Below, in pieces: positions 38,007 through 50,463 of a stretch of DNA of 64,000 nt. Where the stretch lies: assembly GCA_027923505.1 (NCBI GenBank), contig BROI01000010.1, positions 806,001 through 870,000 of the forward strand. Reading direction: 5' to 3'. How positions within the stretch are numbered: the first letter of the stretch is position 1; each line of letters starts with the position of its first letter. Source of the DNA: Mayamaea pseudoterrestris. Its lineage: Eukaryota. The translations under genes were made by a program, and so were the position numbers. The notes beneath the pieces are model-generated. The model was given only the letters and a program-made list of their open reading frames with translations, did no database searches and had not been told where the DNA came from.

Positions 38007-40058
38007 ATGGGTAATCGAGTAAAGGGAAAAGTCAAGAAAAAGTCCATCAAGGCGGCGCTCGGCTCGAGCGCTAGTTCCAAGCGCAAATTGTCGCGAATGG
38101 GCAAGCGACAGAAGGCGCACCACGCTGGTCTTGAGGCTTCCTTTATTGGTCGTTCAAAGTGTCTCAAGATGCTGCAAATTACGCTAAAGGATTTTCGGAG
38201 ACTCTGTATATTGAAGGGCATCTATCCGCGTGAACCAATCGGCAGAGCGCCTGGCAACAAAAAGGGACAAACATTTTATCACATCAAGGACGTTCGAGCG
38301 ATTGCCCATGAACCTGTTCTTGAAAAGTTTCGCGCCTTTCGTGCCTTTATGAAGAAGGTACGAAGAGCGGCCGGTCGGAATGAGAGAGACGAGGCCTCCC
38401 GCAAGCATTCGTTGGTGCCGACCTATTCAATTCATCATCTAGTCAAGGAGCGGTATCCGCGCTTTATGGATGCGCTTGGTGACTTGGATGATGCCTTGAC
38501 ACTGACATACTTGTTTGCGGCATTACCGAGCGAAGGATCCATTAAGGCATCCGTCGTCAACAAGGCCAAATCCTTGGCGGCAGCTTGGGGCGCTTACTGC
38601 GCGACGACCTCGGTTATTAACAAAGCATTTATTTCCGTAAAAGGAGTTTACATGGAAGCAGACGTTCAAGGGCAAGCAATTCGATGGATTGTACCACACT
38701 CTTTTACGCAGTATCTTCCTCAAGATGTGGACTACCGCGTCATGATGACTTTTTTTGAGTTTTACGAGGTTCTTTTAAAGTTTGTCCTTTTCAAACTCTT
38801 TGGCGATATTGGCGTTCGATACCCGCTGCCGAGTGGAGCTAGAGGCGCCAGCGTCGGGAGTACTAGTGCTGTTTTGGCAGGGCATTTGAAGGCCTTGAAA
38901 AGTGCGCTTGATTCATCGTCAAGTGCCATTTCCGATGTAGTCAAGGCTGCAGTTGACAAGGAACAACAGCCTGCGATTGCGACGTCACCAGGTGCGTCTT
39001 TGAAGGCGACTAAGGAGTGGGACAAGGCGGTTGGAGCGGCACTAAACTCGCTGCCAGAAATGGAGGAAAGTGACGATGAAGACGACGCGGAAGAGGATGA
39101 TGTCGACATTGCCGGTCCGTTGAAGGCTGCGCTTGACAACATGGTCGAAGAGCAGGCGCGAACATTAGTTCCAGCGCTATCTGACCACTTGAATGATGAT
39201 GGTATTAAGCGTAAGCGACTCTTTGCTGGCCTGACTTTTTTCTTTTCTCGCGAGATTCCGCGAGGGTATTTGGAGCTGGTGTGCTTGGCGTACGGAGGCA
39301 ACTTTGGTTGGGAGGGCGACGAGAGCCCCATTTCCAGCAAGGACCCATCTATTACTCACCACATTGTCGACCGACCAAAGCTACAGGCTTCGTACGAGTC
39401 TTTGCCGAATTCCCGAGAGTTTGTTCAGCCACAGTGGATAATTGATTGCGCGAACAACATGTTTATTTTGCCAGTTGCAAAGTACGCGGTAGGCGCCTCG
39501 CTACCGCCTCATTTATCGCCATGGGTTGACAATGACGAGGAAGGCTACAAGCCAGCGTATGCTGAAGAAATTGAGCGACTGAAGAATGGCGAGGATCCAT
39601 TGACGATTGAATTGATGGAAGTGGAGGCGACTACTGTTGATCAGCCAGGTCTCAATGAATTAACTTCAACGGGCGAAAAATTAGTTGATGACAATGAAGA
39701 AGTGCTTGTCGACGAAAGCGATGACGAGGATGACGACCCAGAAGAAAAGAAACGCCGTGCCGACCGCAGGCGCCAAAAGGAGGAGGAAGAGGCACAACGA
39801 CTAGCCAAGACGATGATGAGCAAGAAGGCGACTCATCTTTACAATCGAATGCAGCACGGTCTTGCGCAAAAGAAGGAGAAGGTTGAGATATTGCATCAGC
39901 GGCGAAGGGAAATAGAATCGACGAAGGAAAAGGATGCCTCGGGCAAGACACCTTTGAAGCAAAAGGTCGAGCGTCTGAAGAAGGAACGAAAAGTAATTGA
40001 AGACTCGTACGCTCAAAATGATGGTACGATGAAGAAGAGTAAAAAGATCAAACACTAG
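38007..40058 (+). CDS. PES1: Pescadillo / Nop7 ribosome biogenesis protein
   Basis: LQITLKDFRRLCILKGIYPREP, KERYPRFMDALGDLDDAL, DVDYRVMMTF, BRCT (LFAGLTFFFSREIPR...QPQWIIDC), LPPHLSPW. Confidence 0.97.
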   Translation: MGNRVKGKVKKKSIKAALGSSASSKRKLSRMGKRQKAHHAGLEASFIGRSKCLKMLQITLKDFRRLCILKGIYPREPIGRAPGNKKGQTFYHIKDVRAIAHEPVLEKFRAFRAFMKKVRRAAGRNERDEASRKHSLVPTYSIHHLVKERYPRFMDALGDLDDALTLTYLFAALPSEGSIKASVVNKAKSLAAAWGAYCATTSVINKAFISVKGVYMEADVQGQAIRWIVPHSFTQYLPQDVDYRVMMTFFEFYEVLLKFVLFKLFGDIGVRYPLPSGARGASVGSTSAVLAGHLKALKSALDSSSSAISDVVKAAVDKEQQPAIATSPGASLKATKEWDKAVGAALNSLPEMEESDDEDDAEEDDVDIAGPLKAALDNMVEEQARTLVPALSDHLNDDGIKRKRLFAGLTFFFSREIPRGYLELVCLAYGGNFGWEGDESPISSKDPSITHHIVDRPKLQASYESLPNSREFVQPQWIIDCANNMFILPVAKYAVGASLPPHLSPWVDNDEEGYKPAYAEEIERLKNGEDPLTIELMEVEATTVDQPGLNELTSTGEKLVDDNEEVLVDESDDEDDDPEEKKRRADRRRQKEEEEAQRLAKTMMSKKATHLYNRMQHGLAQKKEKVEILHQRRREIESTKEKDASGKTPLKQKVERLKKERKVIEDSYAQNDGTMKKSKKIKH

Positions 40059-40984
40059 AAGATTATTTGCGCAAGATGCACGTATGGCGGGAGTGACAAT
40101 AAAGCCGCATAGGCTGCTTTGGAGATAGTTAACTACTACGGCACAAAGTAAATCATTGAGTTATTATTTTGCTTATAAACAATTCTTATCACAACGTAAT
40201 TGTGCAGATGATGCCGGGTGGACAATCAATAACCCCAGCATGGAAACAGGCAACCACCTTCCCAGCCGTGCTTGGGCAATGAAAAGGAATTCATCGCAGT
40301 CATCCTGTGTGCCCGTTGCGTAACGAAGCTATCAGACTTCCACCAGCTTTTGCGGAATCTTCGAATTGCGAAGCAGAAATACATCTGAAAGCTTGTCGGT
40401 GCGAGGTGCGATCTGGCTTTCCAATAGGCTCAAGCTTATAATTGGGAAAGCGTCAAACAGTCAAGCATGCTCACAAAGTAATCTTGTCGCTTGATTCCTA
40501 CAGAATAAAAGGTATCTCGACAAGCCAGCTAAAACTTTACAGCACAGTTCCGTTTGGTTAGCAGCCAATCACCACCTGTTGTCGCGTCTTGTGGTCACTA
40601 TCCTGCCACTCGATGTCGGCGCTGCCTCTGTTAGCTTTCGAATTCTGACGAAGGATAATGTTGGTAAACAAAACATTTATCGTGTCTCCAGTGGAGGATA
40701 CAGCACAACTACTCGGCTATCACCCATTTACCATTTACCAATTACAGAAAGTTGCATTCGAAGCGACGCCAAATGACGTCTTGCTTGCTGCAAGTTGTTG
40801 CAATTGTCCATCCGTTGGTCCGAAAAAAATAATATGGTTTTGAGCGTATTGCTGGCGGTATCCTCTGGTCTATCGAGCAAACGTCAAGCATGCTGGAAGT
40901 ACAGTAATGGTGCACCTCCGACATGATTGATCCGATCCTCTGCACTTGCTCGATCGATGAGCGTGAGCGAGCACACATCATACA

Positions 40985-41237
40985 TACTATTGCGTTGTGA
41001 CGTAATTGACACTGGCACTCGTTTCGTACTATTGTCTAATGACGTAATTGACACTGGCACTTGTTTCACACTATTGCCTCAAAACGTAATTGACACTGGC
41101 ACATTGACGCTGTTTTCACTGGCACTCGTTTCGTACTATTGCCTGGAGTCGCTGTTTTCACTGGCACTCGTTTCGTATTATTGCCTGATGACGCTGTTTT
41201 CACTGGCACTTGTTTTGTACTATTGCCTCATGACGTA
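40985..41237. repeat. 42-bp minisatellite, about 6 units in two subtypes
   Basis: Units start at 40998, 41040, 41082 (truncated, 23 bp), 41105, 41147 and 41189. Shared core CACTGGCACT(C/T)GTTTCGTACTATTGCCT. Heads are TGACGTAATTGA-like (units 1-3) versus TGACGCTGTTTT-like (units 4-6). Confidence 0.95.
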
Positions 41238-42670
41238 GATTTTACCGTCGCATCAAGGACCGTACCGGTAGAGTGAAGAGTACCTTGAATTGATCCATTT
41301 TGTCACCATGTCACCATGGCGATCATCTCTATTCGACTCTCCTCCATTGAGCCGCGCGACGGAACAACGTAGAAACAAAACAACTCTTGTTTAATCTACA
41401 ATTACACTTGCTATTATAGTGCCTACTTTTCCATTAATCCACCAAGTCACTTGTTTGACGGTGGTCTGCGGTGGCGATCAAACAAATCGACGCCACAAGC
41501 TTGAAAGATATTGATCTGTTCCTACTTAATGGCGGCTTTGACAACTCAACGAACCTTTATTTGCAAATTTCCACCTTGATGAAATTTGTCGCAAGTTGAA
41601 CATTTCTAATGTGGCGATGTGACGCAAAACAAAGCAAGGTTTTTCACTCATGTGGGAGCTGGGAGCCATTGCCGATGACCTTATGACGTCGCTACACGCT
41701 GCACCGGTCATGTTTGTTCCGGATATCATTTCATTGCGTGACGAGAAGCAGCAAAGGAGTGGTTACCGATGTGTAACGAAGCTTGGAAGAATATACCTTC
41801 GCATGTACATTTGCGATTCAATATTCAGCTGTGCGAAAGCAATGGTTTGCAAATGAAGCAGGCAAATTGGAGTCACTGTGCCGATATGGATGGCTTGGCT
41901 GCTTGTCTTGTATACTGGTGGAACGCAAGCTCAGCAATTCTATCGTGGACATTTACATAAATGGTCATCAAGTAGTGTCGTTGGTGCACCAGGCCATCGA
42001 GTTGTTGGAAAGGATTCAACCTGCCGGTACCGTGGTTAGTTGATGCCCATGACTTTTCCAACCTTTGCGTTTGGTCAATTTGACGGCAATGTGTATCCTG
42101 CAATAATGAAAGCAGCCATGCGCGTGATCCTTTGAACCAGGTTGATTGTTGGAAAGCATTTGAAGCGATTGATTGGTGATGCAACAGGCGCACACATTGG
42201 CACTATTTCTTATTTGTAGGTTTCAGTTCAGTGAATGTTTAATGATAACGTTTTACTTGCACTAGCTATACATACTGGTAAGGCGCAAGGAGCTGCATAT
42301 ACGTACATAGTCTGATTATAACAAACTAGGACATCCACAGTGACTTCGAAAAGCCTAATAAGGGCGGGCCGGCCTCGCCACAACGGTCCTACTATAAATT
42401 ATTACCCGTTTGGCTTATATCTTCATACGACTGAGAAAACCCCCCGATACGCAACGTTCTTCGCAATCAGACGGTACCGGTAGTCGCAAGTCGGAAAGAT
42501 CCGTTTTGGCGCGAAGATCCGGCGTGATCGCATCGCAACACAAAATCAACCACCGAATGATATCCGTCGCGAAACCTTTGCCCTTGACTAATCTACCGTA
42601 AATCATATACAAGCAAAGCCATTGACCGCTACTACACTACATAAAATACTCACGAAAAGGAAGAGACAAA

Positions 42671-45600
42671 ATGTCGTCTCTCGCCAAACTCAGCATTCGT
42701 GGCGTCCGAGCGTTTTCGCCCGAGGATGAGGAGCAGGTGCGCACTGGAGAATTGATATCGGTACATGAAGCTACTACCGGCAGACTCACATGTTTCTGTG
42801 TTCTACTCTTCAGATTGTCGAATTTTACTTTCCGTTTACGATCATTGTCGGGCAGTAAGTTTTTCATACTCACGAGAAGGGTGAATGGGTGGTGAGTGCG
42901 TCTCCTTTCCTCGATTCGTTTCAACTCAATTCATGCGCTCTGCACTCTTTCATTTTAGAAACGGTTGCGGCAAGACCACCATTATTGAATGCCTCAAGTA
43001 TGCAATTACTGGAGGTCTCCCGCCTGGCAGCAAGGCTGGTCAAGCCTTTGTTCATGGTGAGTCAGTGGTGGTGACATTTTGCTTTATAGCTTGCATCATC
43101 TCACCTCTCACCTGCGGTACCGACAATCATTACATTTATACAATTCCCATACAGATCCTCGCCAAAGTGGAAGCAAACAATCCAAGGCGACTGTCAAGCT
43201 GCGTTTCAATACGCGGACGGGCCAACCAACGGTTGTCATTCGCTCGATGGAACTCACGCGCAACAAAACGACACTTTCATTCAAGCAGCTGGATGGAGTC
43301 ATTCGTACGTCGGATGCAGTCACTGGTACACGCAGCAATCTGTCTCACAAATGTTCTGAGCTTGATTCGACGCTGCCAGCCCTGCTCGGTATTTCAAAGG
43401 CCATTCTAGACAATGTTTTGTTTTGTCATCAGGAGGAAGCGTCTTGGCCGTTGCAGGAGGGTGCTGTTCTCAAAAAGAAATTTGACGACATTTTTGATTC
43501 GTAAGTTATACGCCTACTTATGCTACCGGTAATTTCGCATCTCTTCCTTACCTATGCCATCCATTGATGTTGACGCGCAGCACTCGGTACACCAAGGCGC
43601 TCGACGCCTTTCGCAAAAAGGAAAAGGACTTGTTGAGCACGTGTAAGGATATTAAAATCACTCTTGCTGGTCTCGATAGTACCAAGACGGCCGTGGAAGG
43701 ATACCGCCGTGAACTTCGCGAGCAAAAGGAGGCGGAGGAAGACTTGGCCAACGCCAGAATTAACGTTGGCAAGGAAATTGAAACGACGGAAAAAGATATT
43801 GACTACTACGAAGGCATTGTCGATAAGATCGACGATATTCAAACGGAGCTTTCAAAGATGCAAGGCATGGTCGACCAGCATAAGGCTGCACTGGATCGCC
43901 AACAGAAGATGGTCGACATTGACATGTCGGGAACGCACACGCTCGACGACCTTTCCATAATGCTGGCAGACTATGACAATAGCGTTGGAAGGGAAACTGC
44001 AAAGCAAGAGCTTGTAGAAAGCGAAATTCAAGAGCTCAATGACAAGATTGACAGCCTCCACAAAAGCGAAATGGATTTGAAGTCGACGCTGGGCAAACTC
44101 GAGTCTGAAAAGGAGACGTACGAGCAGCATCTGCGACAGCGCCTCGTCCTAATGGAGGGTATTGCCTCCTCGTACAATTTCAGTTTACTGGAATACACGC
44201 AGTCGCAGCAAATCAACACGTCGTTCCGTCAGTCGCTCACGGCAGGGAGTCAGTCGGTCGATACCGAGCAGCTGGTTGAAATTTCGCAAGAAGATATGCA
44301 AAACTTCTTTCGCAAGGCGGAGGATTTAAAATCGAATCTCGAGTCTGACCTGAAGAAGCACAAGCATCGGGTCCAGCGCGACGAAGATGTCTTGCAAAAG
44401 GATCTTCTCGATCTTGGCGGCAAACTCGGCGCTCTTGAAAAGGGTAAATTATGTTTGGCGCGAGAGTTTGTCGAATGATTAGTGTCGCTCACAATCTTTA
44501 ACTTACATTCAATAGACAAAGAAGAGCTTTTAAAACAGAAACGAGAAGGTAGAGAGGAAATGAATCAATTAAACAAGGACATTAGCAGCAGCTCGCGATT
44601 GCGTCGAGGCGAGGTACGCAAGTTCATGCCCCATTTTTCAGCCGTGCAATGGACCCTGGTAGCTAATGACAATGTTTGTTTTTGCGGTAGGTCGAGGAGG
44701 CAAAGAAAAACGCGGAGCGTTTAGGTACGTTGCTTCTTGTAGGGTTTGTTCCATTATGAATATTTCTAGTTCTCACCACGCGTGTGCCTCCTCTGTTTTA
44801 AGCCAATGAGCGCGATGAAGCGAACAGCGACCCTCGATTGCAGAATATTGAAATTGAAATCCGTCAGATCGAGGACAAGTGGGAAGAGCTTAAGCGCAAA
44901 CAAACTGACATCAAGGTTGAGCTTGACGCTCTACAAGAATCCGCGGAAGCGCACACGGCCATTGCGACGCTGGATGAGGAGCTTACTCGCGAATATGAGA
45001 CGTTAGAAGAGTCAGTCAAGGACTACTCAAGTCTTCTCTGTCGTTTTAACTTACAGGACTTAGAAAAGCTGCCAAAGATGAGCGGTGACGGTCAGGCTGT
45101 TGTCGATGCTGTTGAACAAATGGGAATCGAGATTCGTGACAAGCTTAACGATGCGCAAGACCGGCTTGGGATGGCCACCAGTGCCTACAACAAACAAGAG
45201 AGCGCGTTCGCCGAGAAGAGCTGGGCGCTTCGCACGATTCGTCAAAACCTTCAAGTTCTTGAGCAGCAGAAGAATGTTAGCGAAGGAGCGGTTGTAAAAG
45301 TTCGAGCTGTTGTCGAAAAATTGCGAGAGGACAACCCTGGCGTACTTTTAAATGAAAATGATCCCACTGCACTTCGCAAGCTCATTGATGAGAAGATTGA
45401 AGATATAAATGACAGCCTTGCATCAACCGATCCAAGCGTTATCAAGTCTGTGATGTAAGTCGCACGCGCATGCGCCCAGTTGTTGTTCCAGTCATCCTCT
45501 CATGTCAAGTTTTGATTACCTTACAGGAAAAGGCTTCTCAAGTTGGCCAATTCGAACAATCCAGTTTGTCCATGCTGTGAACAGAAGCTCGATACGCCGG

Positions 45601-47791
45601 AAAAACTTCGAACATATTCAGACCGGGGAAAGCTCTTGTGGTCCGACAATTCTCCATTGCTTTCCGATTTGGCCGAGGAGCGCGTAGCAGCGAAGTCGGA
45701 GTATCAATCCTGGCGATTGACCATTGATAAACATAGCTCTGCTATCCAAAATTATGTCGACTTGCAATCCGAACTAAAAGCTCGCGAGAGCGACAACCAA
45801 TCGTTGGACGGTGAGGTCAATTTGCTATCGCACATTCTTGCTCAGCTCAAAGATGAGATGGAGGATTTAAGGGCAGAAGCTGTCGACTTGGAGGAACTTG
45901 CAAAAGCTTCAGATCGGTGGAAGGATACGTCGCTGCGTATTGGTCAAAAAGCGATGACAATTCATAGCAAGCGCAAGGATCTGGCTATTCTCAATCGGTC
46001 ATCGGCAAATGTCCGTGATCGACGCACGGTCGACCGCGAGTATACGGCTGTCACTGAAGAAATCGATCGTCTCAGTAGCAAAAAGACTGGTTTAAATCAC
46101 GAAGCAACGAAGCTAAACCAGCTCATTTCGCAAACGGCACAACAGGCAAGTACTCAAGCGCGTGGATTTCGTGTCTGTATGTGCACAACACCAACATTCC
46201 AATCCTCTATTTTGCTAGGCGGCGAGTGCCGAATCCCGAGCGAAGGAGAAGGCAACGAAGTTTGCTGACTCCGAACGAGCTATGAACCGCAAGAATGAGA
46301 TTTTGGAACTCCAAAAAAATCTTGCGGAACGCGAAAAGCAGGTGAGCATGGTTGCGTGCGACATTGCGACATCTATAAATATCGTTCGACTAACCTATCA
46401 GTACACCCTTTCTCAGGTCGATCGGGACATCCCTTCCTTGAGCATGCGCGTCAAAGAAAGAGAATCCGAGAAGCAGCGTTTGCGTCAAGAAGGATCCTCA
46501 GAAGAGTCGAAGCTTCATCGCGCCATTCAAGAGTTTGACACTAGCCTTCAACACTTGGGGACCATCACGTATCAGATCGAGACTTACTCAAACTCTAACA
46601 AGGCCGAGGAGCACCAACGCATCCTATCGACCCTAGACAATTACGCTGACCATATTAAAGATTTGAAGGAGAAAGTATCCGCGTCGCAGCTCATACTTGA
46701 CAACCTTCGCAATATTTATAACAACAAGGAGCGCCGGAAGCGGCAACTTCAGTACAACGTTCAAATTATTGAAGAAAAGAACAAGCTAGCCGCGCTACAT
46801 GAGCAAATGCGAGACAAGAAACGAGCAATGAAGTCTATCGAACATTATGCAACGGCGCGAGATGAACTCCTTCAAGCACGCGAACGAAAGGCTAAACTTC
46901 TCGAGACGAAGAACCTTTCCCAGGGTCGATACTCCGAGATTCGCGATCGCATTCGTAGTCTCACGGTACGGCTCAATCAACCTGAGTACCGAGACGTTGA
47001 CAAGAAGCACCGCAAGGCAACTATTGAGTATGAGACGACGCATATTGCGGCCGCCGACCTGAAAAAATATCAGCAGGCACTTGATTCGGCACTTCTACAA
47101 TTTCACGCAAAAAAGCTGGCGGAGATCAACAAAAGCATTCGCGAGCTGTGGCTGATGACGTACAAGGGCGAAGACATTACTAATATCGTGATCCAGAGCG
47201 GACAAGAGCCAGGTGCACGCGCCCAGAAGTCGTATAATTATCGAGTCGTCATGACGAAAGGCTCTACAGAACTCGACATGCGTGGTCGCTGCTCAGCAGG
47301 ACAACGCGTTCTTGCTGTACGTTGGCTTGTCAGCGGTGTTATTGGTTGAATTCTGATCTAACGATATGTGCTTCTCATCACCACCAGTGCATTGTCATCC
47401 GCCTGGCTTTGGCTGAAAGCTTTGGAATTGATTGCGGCTGCATTGCGCTCGACGAGCCAACGGTGAACTTGGATGTACGTCTCGATGCAGCACGCCGGCA
47501 ATGTCGATTGACCACTTTCACTCACTTTCGTCTTCATCTCGTCAACAGTACGAAAATAAGAAAGGTCTTGCAATTGCGTTGGCTCAAATTGTTGCTTCGC
47601 GATCGCAACAGCGTAATTTCCAGTTGATACTCATTACGCATGACGAAGAATTTGTGAGTATGATGAAGACTGAGCTTGCGTCCCTTACCGGCTTTTCTAT
47701 GCCGGAATCGTACTTCCAAGTGGTTCGCGAGGAGAGTGCCGACGGAAAGCTGTATTCGAAGATCAAGAAAATTGATTGGGACAACATGTAG
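42671..47791 (+). CDS. RAD50: DNA repair protein RAD50, multi-exon (more than 10 introns)
   Basis: [36 protein letters not shown] (Walker A), [13 protein letters not shown], coiled coils, zinc hook VCPCCEQ, signature [13 protein letters not shown], Walker [18 protein letters not shown]. Confidence 0.97.
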
Positions 47792-47906
47792 ACGATCAAA
47801 CGATATATGCATATTTCAGAATAAAGTAGGTTACATTGAGTGACTATGACGCTACTGTAGGATGTAGGTAGGACTGAAGCTTAAGAAAGAAAGCAGCGTA
47901 TGCGTA

Positions 47907-50463
47907 TCAAATATCTTCCTCGTCATCGGCAACTGCTTGCAATGCCGTGAAAGCAGTGTCCGCCCAGTCGCTCGCGGAACCAGAATCCGATCTTTCGCAG
48001 CGGTGTGCACGAGGCTCGGCCGTCGACTTGCCGTCTTCCCTATTTTCCAGTTGAGCGACGCACATCTCTATTGCATCCGCAATCATGTAGTGAAGTTTAA
48101 TCATTGGGATGTGCCCATATGCTGCTACAGCTCCAGCTTGAAAGCAGTGATCCAAGTCGGCCTCCTTAGGGTCCGTGAATAACTTTGTATAATCCATCGG
48201 CCTTACCGAAGGCACAATTGTGGTGCTGCCTAGGAAGCGTTGAATAAACATTGTTTTCACCGGTCCTACCGCAGCGTCCATTTGATTAAGAAACGACATT
48301 TTCGCCTTCATGTCCGTCTTCAGATACATCTCCAGTGCGCTCAGTAGAAAACCTCCCCGGTAAGACGTCTCTTGCTTTCCCGACGACCAACGACTTGGCC
48401 TACCAACGCCGCCTTTGCTATTAAAAAAGAACGGAATGATATGCGGATTACATTGTGACGCAATGAAAAACTGACAGTTTAACATTTCACTGAGTCCTTG
48501 GGTCGGAATATCCTGCTGAATCGAACCATCCCAAAACGCCTGCTCCTTCTCGCCACCTTGATTGCGCACGGACCCATCTTCAAGTTTTACTTGCAAGCGC
48601 ACTGGCGGAACGAAACCAGGAACAGCAGCCGATGCAATCACTGCCGAGGCAATCGTCACGTTTGGCGCCGTAAGGTAATTAAGTAGCACCGGTGGACTCT
48701 TTTTGGACGTGGACGACAGCGTGATGCAAAAAATACGTCCCGTCTTCTGATAAGCTTCGTAAAATGTTGTTGATCCTTGCGAAAACCATTGTATAAGTTC
48801 CATCCACTCATCAAAGTCAAACATGCAGCCATTACGCAATACGCTCTTGATTCGATCCTTCCACGGACGACGAAAGCAGCAAAGCTTTTGCGACAGTATG
48901 CCTGGCTGCAGGTCTCGTTTCAGCTCCTCGTCGGTTCGCGTGCATATAATAGCCCCAATGACGCTGCCTGCCGACGTGCCGCTGATAATTCGAGGCAAGC
49001 ACCCTGCCTCGAGGAGCGCCGAAATGACTCCGAAGTGGTATAAACCCTGCGAAAGCGGACGAGGACAAAAGAGCAGTTGAGAAATCGATACAATACAATC
49101 AATTTAATTCTCTTCTTGAACAACGTACGAGCATGGCCCCACCCGACATGCAAAATGCGGTTCTTCCATAGGCTGCCCTCGCTCGCTTAAGAAACATGAG
49201 AACTTGTCCTCGATGAAAAACTGGCAAGGGTTTACTATTGAAATTACTGTCATGTTTAGAATCGCCATTTGAATTGGGCGCCAAGTCCTCCCACAAATGA
49301 CCGCTGCTGCTGCCATGCCCATTCGCATCGTAATGGTCACCATTTTCGTTGTATTCGCCGTTGATGTCACGCGGGTCGTGAATCGTCGCATCAATCAACG
49401 AACCAAAAAGCTTGGTTTTTTCGTCGCGCACTTTGCTTTGGAGAAGCTGCTCATAGTCCAGTAACTCGCGACTGGACATGTCTGCATTATCTCTCGTGGT
49501 TTGCTCGACACTTCTTGCGCCATCGGTGATCCAGTGCAGGGTCTCCACTACTTCGCTGACAAACTTTCTGACAATCGTCTTTGGTTCCCCAGTATTCGAA
49601 TAGCTAAACAAGTCTTCCGACATGATGCCGCCAACATTTTTGCGTGTGCATTGCTGCAAAACGGCCAAGGCGAGAATGGAATCGTTATTCTCTCGCGCCA
49701 GCCTCAAATCCTTAACCAACTCCAATATAAATCCCCAATTGTACTCGTGGGAAGTTTCATCGTCAACGCGATCCAGCCACTTTTGACGATGCTGCGATGC
49801 GTCGAGCTTCTTGGCGTGTATTTGCCACTCGTCATAGCTATTGGCAGCTTTCATGAGTTTGCGTAGTTTGCGATGCTTGGGACGTGCAATGAGATATTCG
49901 GCGCACATGATTCCAATTCGAATAACGACGTACACCAACAATTCGACCCAAATTAAAAAGTAAACGAGCCCCAGCAGCGGCCACCGCAAAACTTTAGCGC
50001 TAATGCCATGCAATCGCCCCGGCGTGACGGAGCAAATAGCCAAGACAACGAGAATTCCTCCAAAACTCTTCCATAAGAAAACTCCGACCTTCCAATCCAT
50101 CAGCGGCCATTCGCGGCTAAACCACTTGGCCCATGACTCCTTCGCTCGACTCGAATTCGTGTATTGCTGCAGCATGTCATTCATATTGGTAATAAGCTCA
50201 TTCCGACTGACGGTTCCATCGCCATTGGTGTCTAAATGCTTCAACCAGACTTCAGCAATTGACGTCTTGTTTTCACCTTCCATATACTGATGCCAAAGGT
50301 CTCCGAGGGTTGGCATGTCATTGTAGTAATGCGTCGTCCATTTGGGCAAGACAAAGTTGCAGACGGAAGAAATGATAGATTTGGTGTAATGGTAGGAACT
50401 TTGAAGGATGGAGCCTGTAGAATTGGAAATAGATGCTGCTTTGACTGCTGCAATGGCCGCCAT
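47907..50463 (-). CDS. Patatin-domain triacylglycerol lipase (SDP1/TGL3-5 family) with N-terminal EF-hand motif and TM segments
   Basis: A..Y.EW...A..LD, AYGRTAFCMSGGAML|GLYHFGV, LPRIISGTSAG (GxSxG), LLNYLTAPNV.IASAV.ASAAVPG, FWDGS, FIASQCNPHI.PF. One intron near 49.05-49.13 kb. Start at ATG 50463 is likely but uncertain. Confidence 0.93.

Noticed and set aside
2716..40058. Apparent growth-control cluster (UTP11, ATG101, POMP, TOR, PES1) and lipid genes (fabD, two lipases)
   Set aside because: These are interspersed with unrelated genes on both strands, which is expected by chance in a compact genome. No shared regulatory evidence is visible.
40985..41237. CRISPR-like array (conserved ~30-bp core with variable interspaces)
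   Set aside because: The variable parts are only about 12 bp and repeat in two subtypes rather than being unique spacers. There are no cas genes, and the context is eukaryotic with introns.
40927..41238. 103-aa ORF over the minisatellite
   Set aside because: It is open because of the repeat, changes repeat frame at the truncated unit, and has no recognisable domain.
41500..42200. Several 60-106 aa ORFs that might be a decayed gene
   Set aside because: No recognisable motif or consistent frame, so no call can be supported.
40060..42670. Possible diatom centromere (long gene-free interval)
   Set aside because: By eye it is only mildly AT-rich, not the strongly low-GC tract described for Phaeodactylum centromeres. 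CENH3 ChIP would be needed.
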